Made by a program: the position numbers and the translations under genes. The notes beneath the pieces were generated by a model. That model had not been told where the DNA came from. It was given only the letters and a program-made list of their open reading frames with translations, and ran no database searches. A stretch of DNA of 64,000 nt from Chlorobiota bacterium (GTDB lineage: Bacteria > Bacteroidota > Ignavibacteria > OLB7), in NCBI GenBank assembly GCA_963711465.1, contig CAVQEG010000001.1:2462332-2526331 (forward strand), in the 5' to 3' direction. This document shows, one piece after another, positions 47,136 to 56,223 of this stretch (positions are counted from its first letter, which is position 1; every line of letters begins with the position of its first letter).

Positions 47136-48797
47136 CTACAGCGCAGCCAGGTGAGCCGCGAGATTCACCTTCGACCCCAGCTCCATCTTCTTTCTGATCC
47201 AGTAGCGGTGGCTTTCGATGTTTCGAATCGAGACCGAGAGCAGGTTGGCGATCTCCTTGTTCGACAGGTTGATCTTCAGCAGTGCGCACACCTTCAGCTC
47301 CGCGGGCGTCAGTTTCGGATAGCGCTGTGAGAGGGTGCGCATGAAATCCTCGTGCACCAGCTGGAACTCCTGTTCGAAGCGCTGCCAGTCATCATCGCCG
47401 CGAAGGTGTTCGTCGATATCGGCGACCACCCGCTTCGGCCCGCCATCACGGGTTGGACGACCATCGGCGGCATCGCGACGAAGCTTCTGCAGGAAGGCAT
47501 TCTTGCGCACCAGATGCATCGCAAGCGAGGTGAGCTCCTTGGAGCGCTGGCGCATCATTTCCTCGAGATGCTCGGTGCGCAGGCGGAAGACCTCCCGTTC
47601 GCGTTCGGCCCGTTCGACATCGAAGCGTGCCTGGGTAATCGCCACCGTCCGTTGTTTCTCCTCACCGATCAGCGCGTCTCTGAGCGACTGGTAGGTCTGC
47701 AGGTGTACGTACGCCTCTTCAAATCGACCGAGCGCGGCGTGGGCATTGGCAAGTCCCAGGCGGACATCGGTGCGGAGCTTCAGCAGACCGAGACGTTCTC
47801 CGAGAGCATCGGCCGCGCGGTAGAGTTCGATCGCCCGCTGGGGTTCCCCCTGCGTCAACATCAGATTTCCGAGTCGCACCTGACCATCGCCGAGCGCCTC
47901 ACCGTTGCCGACCTCTTCTGACAGCTCGATGCCCCTCTGAAGTTCGGCACGGGCACGAGCGAAATCGCCGCGCAGCTCCTGAAGCATTCCGAGCTTCACG
48001 CGGGTGGTGGCTTCGTAGCGTCGCTCACCGATGCGCTGGAAGATCGCGAGCGTCTCCTCGAGCGCGTCGAGCGCGGTATCGTAGTCGCCACGCGCCTTGT
48101 AGATGCCGGAGATGTTCCCCTGCGCGATGGCGATGCTCAGATCGTTCTCAAGCCGTCGGTAGACGAGCAGCGCACGGGAGTGGAATTCAAACGAGGCGTC
48201 GTAGTCCTCGAGGTAGTAGTGGATGTTGCCGATGTTGGACGTGACGATCGCGCCGTTGTGCTCCTGTCCGGTCTCCTCGTAGAGTTTCAACGCCTGCAGG
48301 TAGTAGTCGATCGCCTCGGAGTAGTTGCCGATCGATTCGTGAACGGTGCCGACGTTGTTGAGCGCTGCGGCGGTGCGCACCCTGTCATCGAGTTCGCGAA
48401 AGATTTCCAGTGCCCGGGTGAACGCATCGAGCGACTCGGTGAGCACCGACATGTCGCGGGCGATGATGCCGACGAGATTCAGCAGGTTGGCGGTGTTGAG
48501 CGGATCGTCGAGTTTCTCGAAGATCCGCAGCGATGCGCGGGCGGCCTCCATGGCCTCCGGATACCGGGAGACGGCAACCAACGCCTTCGAGAGCTGCTGC
48601 AGGCAGCGGGCCTGCTGCCGGATCGAGCCCGACCGCTCGGCAAGCGCCCAGGCACGCTCGGCGCGCTCGACGGCCTGAGGCGGATTGCGCTGCCATACCT
48701 CGTCGAACCCCTCCAGGTAGCGCTCGATCCGCTCGCTGTCGTTGGAGGGGTCGGATTCGTCTCGTGCGTCGATATCGTCGGGCCGATCCTGCGACAT
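47136..48797 (-). CDS. TPR-repeat transcriptional regulator with C-terminal LuxR-type HTH
   Basis: There are multiple TPR-like repeats (ALELYRAADALGERLG..., AIDYYLQALKLYEETGQ...). The C-terminus is LTPAELKVCALLKINLSNKEIANLLSVSIRNIESHRYWIRKKMEL. The length is 553 aa. Confidence 0.8.
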   Translation of the reverse strand: MSQDRPDDIDARDESDPSNDSERIERYLEGFDEVWQRNPPQAVERAERAWALAERSGSIRQQARCLQQLSKALVAVSRYPEAMEAARASLRIFEKLDDPLNTANLLNLVGIIARDMSVLTESLDAFTRALEIFRELDDRVRTAAALNNVGTVHESIGNYSEAIDYYLQALKLYEETGQEHNGAIVTSNIGNIHYYLEDYDASFEFHSRALLVYRRLENDLSIAIAQGNISGIYKARGDYDTALDALEETLAIFQRIGERRYEATTRVKLGMLQELRGDFARARAELQRGIELSEEVGNGEALGDGQVRLGNLMLTQGEPQRAIELYRAADALGERLGLLKLRTDVRLGLANAHAALGRFEEAYVHLQTYQSLRDALIGEEKQRTVAITQARFDVERAEREREVFRLRTEHLEEMMRQRSKELTSLAMHLVRKNAFLQKLRRDAADGRPTRDGGPKRVVADIDEHLRGDDDWQRFEQEFQLVHEDFMRTLSQRYPKLTPAELKVCALLKINLSNKEIANLLSVSIRNIESHRYWIRKKMELGSKVNLAAHLAAL

Positions 48798-49126
48798 GAT
48801 GGCCGGGAAAATAGTGAACCTCCCCGCTCGGCTGCCAATTCAGCCGTATCCGCCACCACATCCGCCGCTCCAGTAGTAAACCAGTAGGACACCAATCGCG
48901 GCGAACCCTCATCTTCCATACGTGCCAGACGATCGGTGGGAACGGGGTTAACCGGGATTGGATTCCTCGTGTGATCTTCGGATCACGCTGGGCATGGGGA
49001 TCCTTTCCCGCCCCGTCCCGCCGAACGTCGTTACCTTCCCCGAGCGACCATCACCTCCCGACCTCTCGGCACCCCGCCGCGCGGAGCGATCGCGTACCTC
49101 GCTCACAGCGCCTGTATCACGAACTG

Positions 49127-49158
49127 AATTTCGTCTCGATCAAATTTCGTCTCGATCG
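49127..49158 (+). promoter_or_regulatory. Tandem direct repeat (2 x 16 bp, [G/A]AATTTCGTCTCGATC) 30 bp upstream of the HAF-repeat gene
   Basis: gaatttcgtctcgatc / aaatttcgtctcgatc are adjacent copies. They lie in the divergent region between the TPR-LuxR gene (start 48797) and 49188. Confidence 0.5.
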
Positions 49159-49187
49159 GACTTCATCACGATTTACTGGGTTGCACC

Positions 49188-51080
49188 ATGCGTTCTCTAC
49201 TGCCATCACCGCTCGCCGCCGCGTTCGTGTTCATCACCCTTCTCTGTACGGCTGTCTGTGTCTCCGTGGCGCAGGACATCACGTTCGAGCCGCTCGGAGT
49301 CGGCCCGGGGCCGAACGACCAGAGCACTGCGACGGCCACCAACCGCGACGGGTCGGTCGTCGTCGGCAATCAATTCATCCAGAGCCAGTCCGAATTCGGA
49401 ACCGAGGCGTTTGAGTGGAAAGGCGGCTCGATCACCGGACTCGGCGCGCTCGACGATCCGGATCGGAAGTCGTCGACCGCCTCGGGAGTCTCCGCCGACG
49501 GCACCACGATCGTCGGCAGCTCCAGTTCGGCTGACGGCAATCGCGGCGTTCGCTGGACCAACGGCACACTGGTCGCGTTCGGAACGATTTACTCCGGCGA
49601 CGGCGCGCAGAGCTCCTGCGACGGAATCAGCGACAACGCCGACTGGTTCGTCGGCCAGAGCATCTCGAATATCGAAATCAAAAAAATGGATTCAATCGAG
49701 ATGGAAGTCAGGACCATCGACGCCGTGCTCTGGCACAACGGCTCTCTGACGTCGCTTGGATCGCTCGGAGGGAACGCCAATTACGGCAGTAATGCCACGG
49801 CCACCTGCGTTTCGGACGACGGCTCCGTCGTCGTCGGATCGTCGTCGACGAACGATGGACCGTACACGGGATTCATCTGGAGCGGCGGGTCGATGCAGCC
49901 GCTTCCACCACTTTCCGGTGCCACCGGCAGCTGCGCTGCGAAGGACATGACGCCCGATGGCTCGACGATCGTCGGTTGGTCGAGTCTGCCGGACGACGAT
50001 TCGCACTATACGCTGGTTGCCTGGCGGAATGGTACGGCCGTCGATCTCGGTGTGCCGGGCGGGTTCAACAGCAGTCGTGACGTCCGTGTGTCCGACGACG
50101 GGAACGTCATCGCCGGTGAATACGCCGCCGATCATGGCTCCATGCCGTTCATCTGGACCAGTGCAACCGGTGCCGTGCCGATTCCGACGCTGCTGCAGAG
50201 TCGCGCCACCGATGCCGAAGGGTGGTCGAACCTGACCGTGACCGACATCTCCGGCGACGGTCGCGTCATCGTTGGCCAGGGCACCAATCCCGACGGAAAG
50301 ACCGAGGCGTGGCGCATATCGGTCTCCGTACCCGCGGGCTTCGCCGGCGTCGAAGTTCCAACGGACGGACTGTATGAATTCGGAGGAACCGGTGCCTCGT
50401 TCGCTCTCGCCGGCGTCGGAACGCGCACGCGTCGCGAGCACGACGTCAGGCTCCTGGGCGCCGAGGCCGACACCGTCTACGTGGAGCGTTACGATGCCGC
50501 GCCGACGGCCCACGACGGAATCGCTTCGGATCAGCTTCTTCCGGTCGACTGGGTGGCCAGCGCGACCGACGGCTTCACCTTCACCTCCGCCGAAGCACGT
50601 TTCAACCTCGACTCCGTCGGCATCACCGTCGTCGATCCGGCCGATGTACGCGTCTGGCATCGTGACGTCGCCGGCACCGGCATGTTCGAGCAACTGCAGA
50701 CGAGCGTCGACGACGCCACCGGAGCGATCGTAGCCACTGGAATCACGTCGCTGGGTGAATTCGTGCTCACCGGGTCGATCCCGTCGAAGGTCGCCGCCCG
50801 GAGTCACACCTCCGGGACCGAGCGCCTGAGCGTCACCGGCGCGAATCCCTTTGCCTCAGCCACCACGCTGGAGCTCACGCTTGGCGCCCCGTCGCGAGTG
50901 GTCATCGAGGCACGCGACATCCTCGGTCACCGCGCTGCGCTGCTGCACGACGGACCGATGGCCACAGGCACCCATCGGATCTCCTTCGACGCGGACGGTC
51001 TGCCCTCGGGCGTCTACCTGATCAGTGCCACCGACGGCAAAGGTGTCATCGGCTCCACGACCCTCGCACTTCGGCATTGA
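49188..51080 (+). CDS. HAF-repeat secreted protein with T9SS C-terminal sorting domain
   Basis: Signal peptide MRSLLPSPLAAAFVFITLLCTAVCVSVAQ. The repeated units are GVSADGTTIVGSS, CVSDDGSVVVGSS, DMTPDGSTIVGWS, RVSDDGNVIAGEY and DISGDGRVIVGQG, which fit the HAF extracellular repeat pattern. The CTD is NPFASATTLELTLGAPSRVVIEARDILGHRAALL...GLPSGVYLISATDGKGVIGSTTLALRH. Confidence 0.72.
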   Translation: MRSLLPSPLAAAFVFITLLCTAVCVSVAQDITFEPLGVGPGPNDQSTATATNRDGSVVVGNQFIQSQSEFGTEAFEWKGGSITGLGALDDPDRKSSTASGVSADGTTIVGSSSSADGNRGVRWTNGTLVAFGTIYSGDGAQSSCDGISDNADWFVGQSISNIEIKKMDSIEMEVRTIDAVLWHNGSLTSLGSLGGNANYGSNATATCVSDDGSVVVGSSSTNDGPYTGFIWSGGSMQPLPPLSGATGSCAAKDMTPDGSTIVGWSSLPDDDSHYTLVAWRNGTAVDLGVPGGFNSSRDVRVSDDGNVIAGEYAADHGSMPFIWTSATGAVPIPTLLQSRATDAEGWSNLTVTDISGDGRVIVGQGTNPDGKTEAWRISVSVPAGFAGVEVPTDGLYEFGGTGASFALAGVGTRTRREHDVRLLGAEADTVYVERYDAAPTAHDGIASDQLLPVDWVASATDGFTFTSAEARFNLDSVGITVVDPADVRVWHRDVAGTGMFEQLQTSVDDATGAIVATGITSLGEFVLTGSIPSKVAARSHTSGTERLSVTGANPFASATTLELTLGAPSRVVIEARDILGHRAALLHDGPMATGTHRISFDADGLPSGVYLISATDGKGVIGSTTLALRH

Positions 51081-51124
51081 CGACATCGCTCGTCGGTCGG
51101 TCTCGCGTGCCGGTCGCGATGTTC

Positions 51125-51157
51125 GAGGCCCCGGAGCGTTCACTGCTCCGGGGCCTC
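51125..51157 (+). terminator. Perfect 13-bp stem-loop downstream of 49188..51080
   Basis: gaggccccggagc-gttcact-gctccggggcctc. Confidence 0.55.
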
Positions 51158-51517
51158 GCCGTTCATATCCACTTCAGAACGCAGCCCTCCCAAATTCCAG
51201 TTCGATAATACCCTCGGTCGACCGGCGGTGCATTTCGGATTCAATAACCGATAATGGACCATCGAGCCCGGCTTCAACTATCCGAATCCGCGGACAGGCG
51301 AGTTCGAAAACAACAGCAGTAAGTGTTGCGATTGGTCGTCGCGGGAGATACGTTCGCCGCGCACGAGGCGCCCGCCAATGTGAGATCATCGGCCGGTCAC
51401 GTCACCCCCGCTCTCTGCCGAGATGACGCCACCGACGATGGTGCACGAATTCCTGTTCCCATATCACCGGACGGGGTGATAGAGAAACTGACAGGCAGGA
51501 GATGCAGCAACGATCAG

Positions 51518-53419
51518 ATGAGAATCGACATGAAAATCTCAACGATAATATGGTGGAATCTCTCGGCGCTCGGTCGTGTGCGACGGGCGATGCTCGACTG
51601 CCTGACGGTTGTCGGTGCGGTCCTGCTCGTGCTCACGACCGTGGCCCACGCGCAGTCGACCCGCATCGACCCGCGCTCGCCGTACGTGCGATCGCTGCCG
51701 GAAGTCGGGCGGATGGAGGGGACGATCACGCACGTTGCCGAAGAGACGCATCCGGAGAGCTTCGGAAACCAGATATACCCCGTTGGTGATGTCAACAATG
51801 ATGGTCTACAGGACTTCATTGTAGCACGGGATCGGGCGGATACGGCGATTCCGGTGCTCACGACGGAATACACGCGAACACCGGAGGAACTGCTGCTGTA
51901 CCTCGGGGTACGGGACGGACTGCCGACGGTGGAGTCCGGGGAACGTATCGGGATCACGGAGATCGCGACAGCGACAACGTTTTTGGCCGCCGGAGATTGG
52001 GATGCTGACGGGAATCGGGACATCGCCTGTCGGGTGGAGATCATCAATGATACCGCGGCGGGAAATCCTGCCGCGCCCAACGGACGACGCATCGCAACCG
52101 TTGTCGTGTTCTGGGGAGACGGGACTGGCGCGTACGGCCTCGGTGACACGACGCGACTGGAGGGCTTCGGAATCCGGTGGCTGGGCGTGGACAATGCTGC
52201 CGCCGGCGATCTCGATGGCGACGGCATCGATGATCTGACGTTCCGCGCGTCGTCTGGGCTCACTGCTGGTCAACTCGTCGCGCAACCGACATTGTTCTTC
52301 TATCGGGGCCATCGGCGCACCCGCTGGGGACGAGCAGGCATACCACGGAGCGGCGACATGTTCTGGTGGACGGCGCCGGACTTCCGCCGAGTGCAACTGG
52401 TCGATCAGGACTGCGACGGCGCCAATGACCTGGCGTTCTACTTCGACAGCCAGAGCGTGAGCAATCCCGGCATGATGTGGGTGCTCTACGGCCGGGCCGG
52501 AGGCGGATTTCCCGATACGAACGACTACCAGTACCTCTCCTTCGACACGGCACATGGCCGCTACGGACTGCTGCGAGATGTCACCGGTGACGGTACCGTC
52601 GACCTGATCTTGACCTCAGGCAACCAGGAGCGCATTCAGATCTTCGCCGGCCGGCCCGGCGAACGTCTGGATGCGGTCTATGGCACCGGCAATGAGGCGC
52701 CACGCCCGGGCGAGACGGAGTGGTGGGGCCGGCCGTGGGCCCAGATCCTGATGCCGCGGAGCATGCACGACGGCTGGGCCTACACATTGGAGAAGATCTT
52801 TGATCTGGGTGACAGCAACCTCGACTCGGTGGCGGACCTGTGGATGGTGGGCGGCCCCTACCTGCTCGGCTACCGCTGCGGCCGACTGATCGACTCGCTG
52901 ATCGACGTGATTGAGACGGTGCCGAGAGCGGACTTCACGGGCATGGCGCGCCTGGGTGACATCGACGGCTCCGGCGTCGAGACGATCGCCATCGGCTACG
53001 ATGACATCCCGCAACGTGGATGGAACCTGTTCCCGGGCGGCATCAAGTTCATCAAGCCGGCAGTGTACCCTCCCGTCGGTGCGTGGCCGCGTCCCGTGCC
53101 GCACGTGCCGGGAGAGCACTGCGGCTCGAGCGTCAGCAGTGTCGAACAACCGCCAGCACTACCCACTGCGGTAGCGTTCACCGTCACCCCGAACCCTGCC
53201 GAGGAGGCAATCGAGGTTTCCTGGAGCGTGGCCGCATCGACCACCGATCTTCGCGTCACGCTGTACAGCATCACGGGAACGGAACTCCACGAGTTCGCGG
53301 AGCGCGGCGCCAGCGGCCGCCAGAGGATCGCGACGACGGACCTGCCGGCGGGCACATACCTCGTCGCGCTGTCATCGGGCACGACGCGCCTCGCCACGCG
53401 TGTCGTGATCGTTCACTAA
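51518..53419 (+). CDS. FG-GAP/VCBS-like repeat surface protein with T9SS C-terminal sorting domain (array copy A, divergent)
   Basis: Signal peptide LDCLTVVGAVLLVLTTVAHAQS. The Asp-rich propeller repeats are GDVNNDGLQD, GDWDADGNRDIACRVE, GDLDGDGIDDLTF, DQDCDGANDLAFYFD and DVTGDGTVDLILTSG. The CTD is VTPNPAEEAIEVSW...LYSITGTELHEF...LPAGTYLVALSSGTTRLATRVVIVH. It is about 60 % identical to copies B-E. Confidence 0.78.
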   Translation: MRIDMKISTIIWWNLSALGRVRRAMLDCLTVVGAVLLVLTTVAHAQSTRIDPRSPYVRSLPEVGRMEGTITHVAEETHPESFGNQIYPVGDVNNDGLQDFIVARDRADTAIPVLTTEYTRTPEELLLYLGVRDGLPTVESGERIGITEIATATTFLAAGDWDADGNRDIACRVEIINDTAAGNPAAPNGRRIATVVVFWGDGTGAYGLGDTTRLEGFGIRWLGVDNAAAGDLDGDGIDDLTFRASSGLTAGQLVAQPTLFFYRGHRRTRWGRAGIPRSGDMFWWTAPDFRRVQLVDQDCDGANDLAFYFDSQSVSNPGMMWVLYGRAGGGFPDTNDYQYLSFDTAHGRYGLLRDVTGDGTVDLILTSGNQERIQIFAGRPGERLDAVYGTGNEAPRPGETEWWGRPWAQILMPRSMHDGWAYTLEKIFDLGDSNLDSVADLWMVGGPYLLGYRCGRLIDSLIDVIETVPRADFTGMARLGDIDGSGVETIAIGYDDIPQRGWNLFPGGIKFIKPAVYPPVGAWPRPVPHVPGEHCGSSVSSVEQPPALPTAVAFTVTPNPAEEAIEVSWSVAASTTDLRVTLYSITGTELHEFAERGASGRQRIATTDLPAGTYLVALSSGTTRLATRVVIVH

Positions 53420-53880
53420 TACCCCCTGGAATTACCACAATCCACAACGCCAATGGCGGGGGAACACCATGCGTCCCATCGTTCGAACTACTCCGAACGA
53501 AAATGAGGGATACTGGCTGCCTCGCGGACGCCACTGACAGTTCTATCTGGCGCTTGGACTGATCACTTCTGGGGTAGGACAACACGATTGGAAAACCTGT
53601 GGAATTTCCGCTTGCCATCGATAAGCGGCAGCTATACCTTCATCGCGCACGAGACGCCCGGCGTATCCCCCACACCACGCGCCGCCGTGCATTGAACGCG
53701 GCGCGGGTCGCATAGGCCGCGGAAGCACCGACCGCCCCACCGGACGGCCGCCGCAATCGAAAGATCGATCACGTCGCACTGCTACCTTGCGAGATGGTAA
53801 TGGCAGAGCAGGTATTGAATTCGTCAGTGTGTGGAGAATGGATGGCGGACCCGATCGCGAGCATGGAGTATAGCCGCTGA

Positions 53881-55815
53881 ATGGTGACAGAAATGAGACA
53901 ATTGACGCTGAAACCTCAGGCCACCTCGCATCCGGCGAGGCGACGGCGCCCACGGCTCGAGCGCATGAGCAGAGTGGTGGCGGGTGTACTGGCGCTGACG
54001 GGACTTGCCGTTGCTGCAACCGACTCGGCGCAGGCGCAGCCAAAGCGGATCGACCCACGCGCGCCCGGCGTGGTGACTGGGCTGCCGGAGTTGGGGCGGA
54101 TGTATGGGCTGGTCAATGGGTCGGGCGCCGAGAACTTCGGCGGGTCCTACATCGGCGGCGGAGATGGCATTACCGCCCTGGGGGATATTTCCGGGGACGG
54201 CATCAATGACTTCGCCGTCTGGCACCGGCGGACCGACACGGCTGGCGCCCCGCAGGAGCTGCTGATCTACCACGGGGTGCGCGGCGGCCTTCCGGCCTCG
54301 ACGAGCGGACAGCGGGTTCGCGTCAGCGAGGCGCCGTCGTACATCACGTTGCTCGGAAGCGGGGATTTCGATGGGGACGGCTACGGCGACCTCGTCACAC
54401 AGGTGGAGATTGAGGGCGATACATCTGCCGGTAACGATTCGATGGGCCGCTCGATCTCGCGCCTGGTCATTTTCTGGAACGACGGGCACGGGTACTACTC
54501 GCTCTCGGACACGACGCGACTGGAGTGCGACGCACAAATGTGGCTGGGGATTTTCGCCGGCCTGGGTCAGGATTTCGACGGGGATGGTGTCGACGACCTG
54601 CTCGTGCGGAACTCCGGCGGATTCTCCAATGGCTATGTCGTGGCGCAGCCTGCGCTGCGGATCTACCGCGGTCACCGAGACGGCCGCTGGGGTCGCGACG
54701 GACTCTCGCGACGTGCGGACTGGCGGAAGTGGAATATTCTCCCGAGCGGACCGGATCTCGATGTGGTCCGGATCCTCGACCAGGACTGCGATGGAAACCC
54801 CGATGTGGTGTTCATCGACGATAGCCACGCCGTCGGCGTTGGTGGGCACGTGGGCGTGCTCTATGGCCGCTCCGGTGCCTTCCCCGATACGACACAACTC
54901 GAGGTTATCGATCTGTCCGCTATCGATGGGCTGACCATGCAGTTTGCCGACGTCACCGGCGATGGGACCTTCGATCTGCTTGCCAACTGCCTCAGATTTC
55001 GGGATGACGGCCGCATGGACGGACGCATTCGTATCTACGCCGGAAGACCCGGGCAGAGACTCATCGAGCAGTTCGGCTCCGGTGACGATGATCCGATCCA
55101 GGGGCACGGGTGGTGGCGGCGTCCGTGGGCGGAGGTGCTCTCGCCCGACCAGCTGCACGAGGACGGCTGGGGAGGCAGCGGCGGAGGGCCGCTCTACGAC
55201 ATGGGCGACGCCAACCTCGACGGCGCCGATGAGATCTGGACGGCGTCGTGGCCACTGATCATCGGGTATTCGGGTGGGCGTGGCATCGACTCGCTGATCG
55301 ATGTGGTGATCCACTTCCCCGGCACCGACATCATGAGCATCGCACGACTGGGAGACATCGACGGGTCGGGGGAACCGACGGTGGCGATCGGGTACAACAA
55401 CTATCCGAATGACAATGGCTTTCCGGGTGCCATCGTGTTTCTGAAGCCGGACCAGTCGGTTCCGACGTGGACGCCGCACCCTCGGCTGCTGCCGCACCTG
55501 CCGGGAGAGTTCTGCGGTGCGACCTCGGCAGCGGTGGAGGTGCCAGCACGCACCTCCGCGAATGCTCTGGCAATCCGGGTGATTCCGAATCCGGCTGCTG
55601 AGACGCTGCGCGTGGAATGGACCGCACCAAATAGCGCAGGCACCGCCAGGATCGAACTGGTTGATGAGAACGGAAACGTGGTTCTGGACCAACCGGTCGG
55701 TGCGACTGCGGGTTTGGCCACGGTCAATACAACGCCCATTGCGGCGGGGACGTACTTCCTTCGGGTCGTGTTCGACGACACCACGACCAGAGCCGTATCC
55801 GTTCGGATTCGGTAG
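53881..55815 (+). CDS. FG-GAP-repeat T9SS-sorted surface protein (array copy B)
   Basis: The 644 aa protein has a signal peptide (RMSRVVAGVLALTGLAVAATDSAQAQ; the alternative start is at MSRVV). The Asp-rich repeats are GDISGDGINDFAV, GDFDGDGYGDLV, DFDGDGVDDLLV, DQDCDGNPDVVFIDD, DVTGDGTFDLLAN and DANLDGADEIWT. The CTD is VIPNPAAETLRVEWTAP...IELVDENGNVVLDQ...AAGTYFLRVVFDDTTTRAVSVRIR. Confidence 0.8.
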   Translation: MVTEMRQLTLKPQATSHPARRRRPRLERMSRVVAGVLALTGLAVAATDSAQAQPKRIDPRAPGVVTGLPELGRMYGLVNGSGAENFGGSYIGGGDGITALGDISGDGINDFAVWHRRTDTAGAPQELLIYHGVRGGLPASTSGQRVRVSEAPSYITLLGSGDFDGDGYGDLVTQVEIEGDTSAGNDSMGRSISRLVIFWNDGHGYYSLSDTTRLECDAQMWLGIFAGLGQDFDGDGVDDLLVRNSGGFSNGYVVAQPALRIYRGHRDGRWGRDGLSRRADWRKWNILPSGPDLDVVRILDQDCDGNPDVVFIDDSHAVGVGGHVGVLYGRSGAFPDTTQLEVIDLSAIDGLTMQFADVTGDGTFDLLANCLRFRDDGRMDGRIRIYAGRPGQRLIEQFGSGDDDPIQGHGWWRRPWAEVLSPDQLHEDGWGGSGGGPLYDMGDANLDGADEIWTASWPLIIGYSGGRGIDSLIDVVIHFPGTDIMSIARLGDIDGSGEPTVAIGYNNYPNDNGFPGAIVFLKPDQSVPTWTPHPRLLPHLPGEFCGATSAAVEVPARTSANALAIRVIPNPAAETLRVEWTAPNSAGTARIELVDENGNVVLDQPVGATAGLATVNTTPIAAGTYFLRVVFDDTTTRAVSVRIR

Positions 55816-55950
55816 AGCGGCGGTGCGTCGTCGCCGGCAATGGCTGCGGCGCATGTGGATCACCGTCGGGCCATGAATACTGAGACAACGCGGCGCAATG
55901 GCGGCCGTAATCGGGCAGGACCGTGTGTCGTAGGTCGTAGAATAATACCG

Positions 55951-56045
55951 TTTGCTATTGGTCAGCGGCGGACGTACGTTTTCGCCGCACGAGACGCCCG
56001 GCGTATCCCCCCACACCACGCGCCGCCGTGCATTGAACGCGGCGG
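55951..56045 (+). promoter_or_regulatory. Conserved leader element upstream of array copy C (same element upstream of copies A, B, D, E)
   Basis: TTTG (55951-54) is followed 20 nt later by TAcgTTTT (55975-82), fitting the Bacteroidetes -33/-7 pattern. The conserved box CGCCGCACGAGACGCCCGGCG lies at 55984-56004. The hairpin ccgccg-tgcattgaacg-cggcgg lies at 56023-56045. Homologous positions are copy A 51326-51376, copy B about 53600-53710, copy D 58291-58385 and copy E about 60620-60715. Confidence 0.5.
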
Positions 56046-56223
56046 GGGGTCGCATACGCCGCGGAAGCACCGACCGCCCAACGCCGACGGCCGCAGCTAT
56101 CGAAACCTTGATCGATTCGCAGTGCTACCTTCGGAGATGGTAATGGCATCGCGGGTAATGTGTTCGTCAGTGTGAGGAGAATGGACGCGTGGCCGGATCG
56201 CGAGCATGGAGTACAGTCATTGA

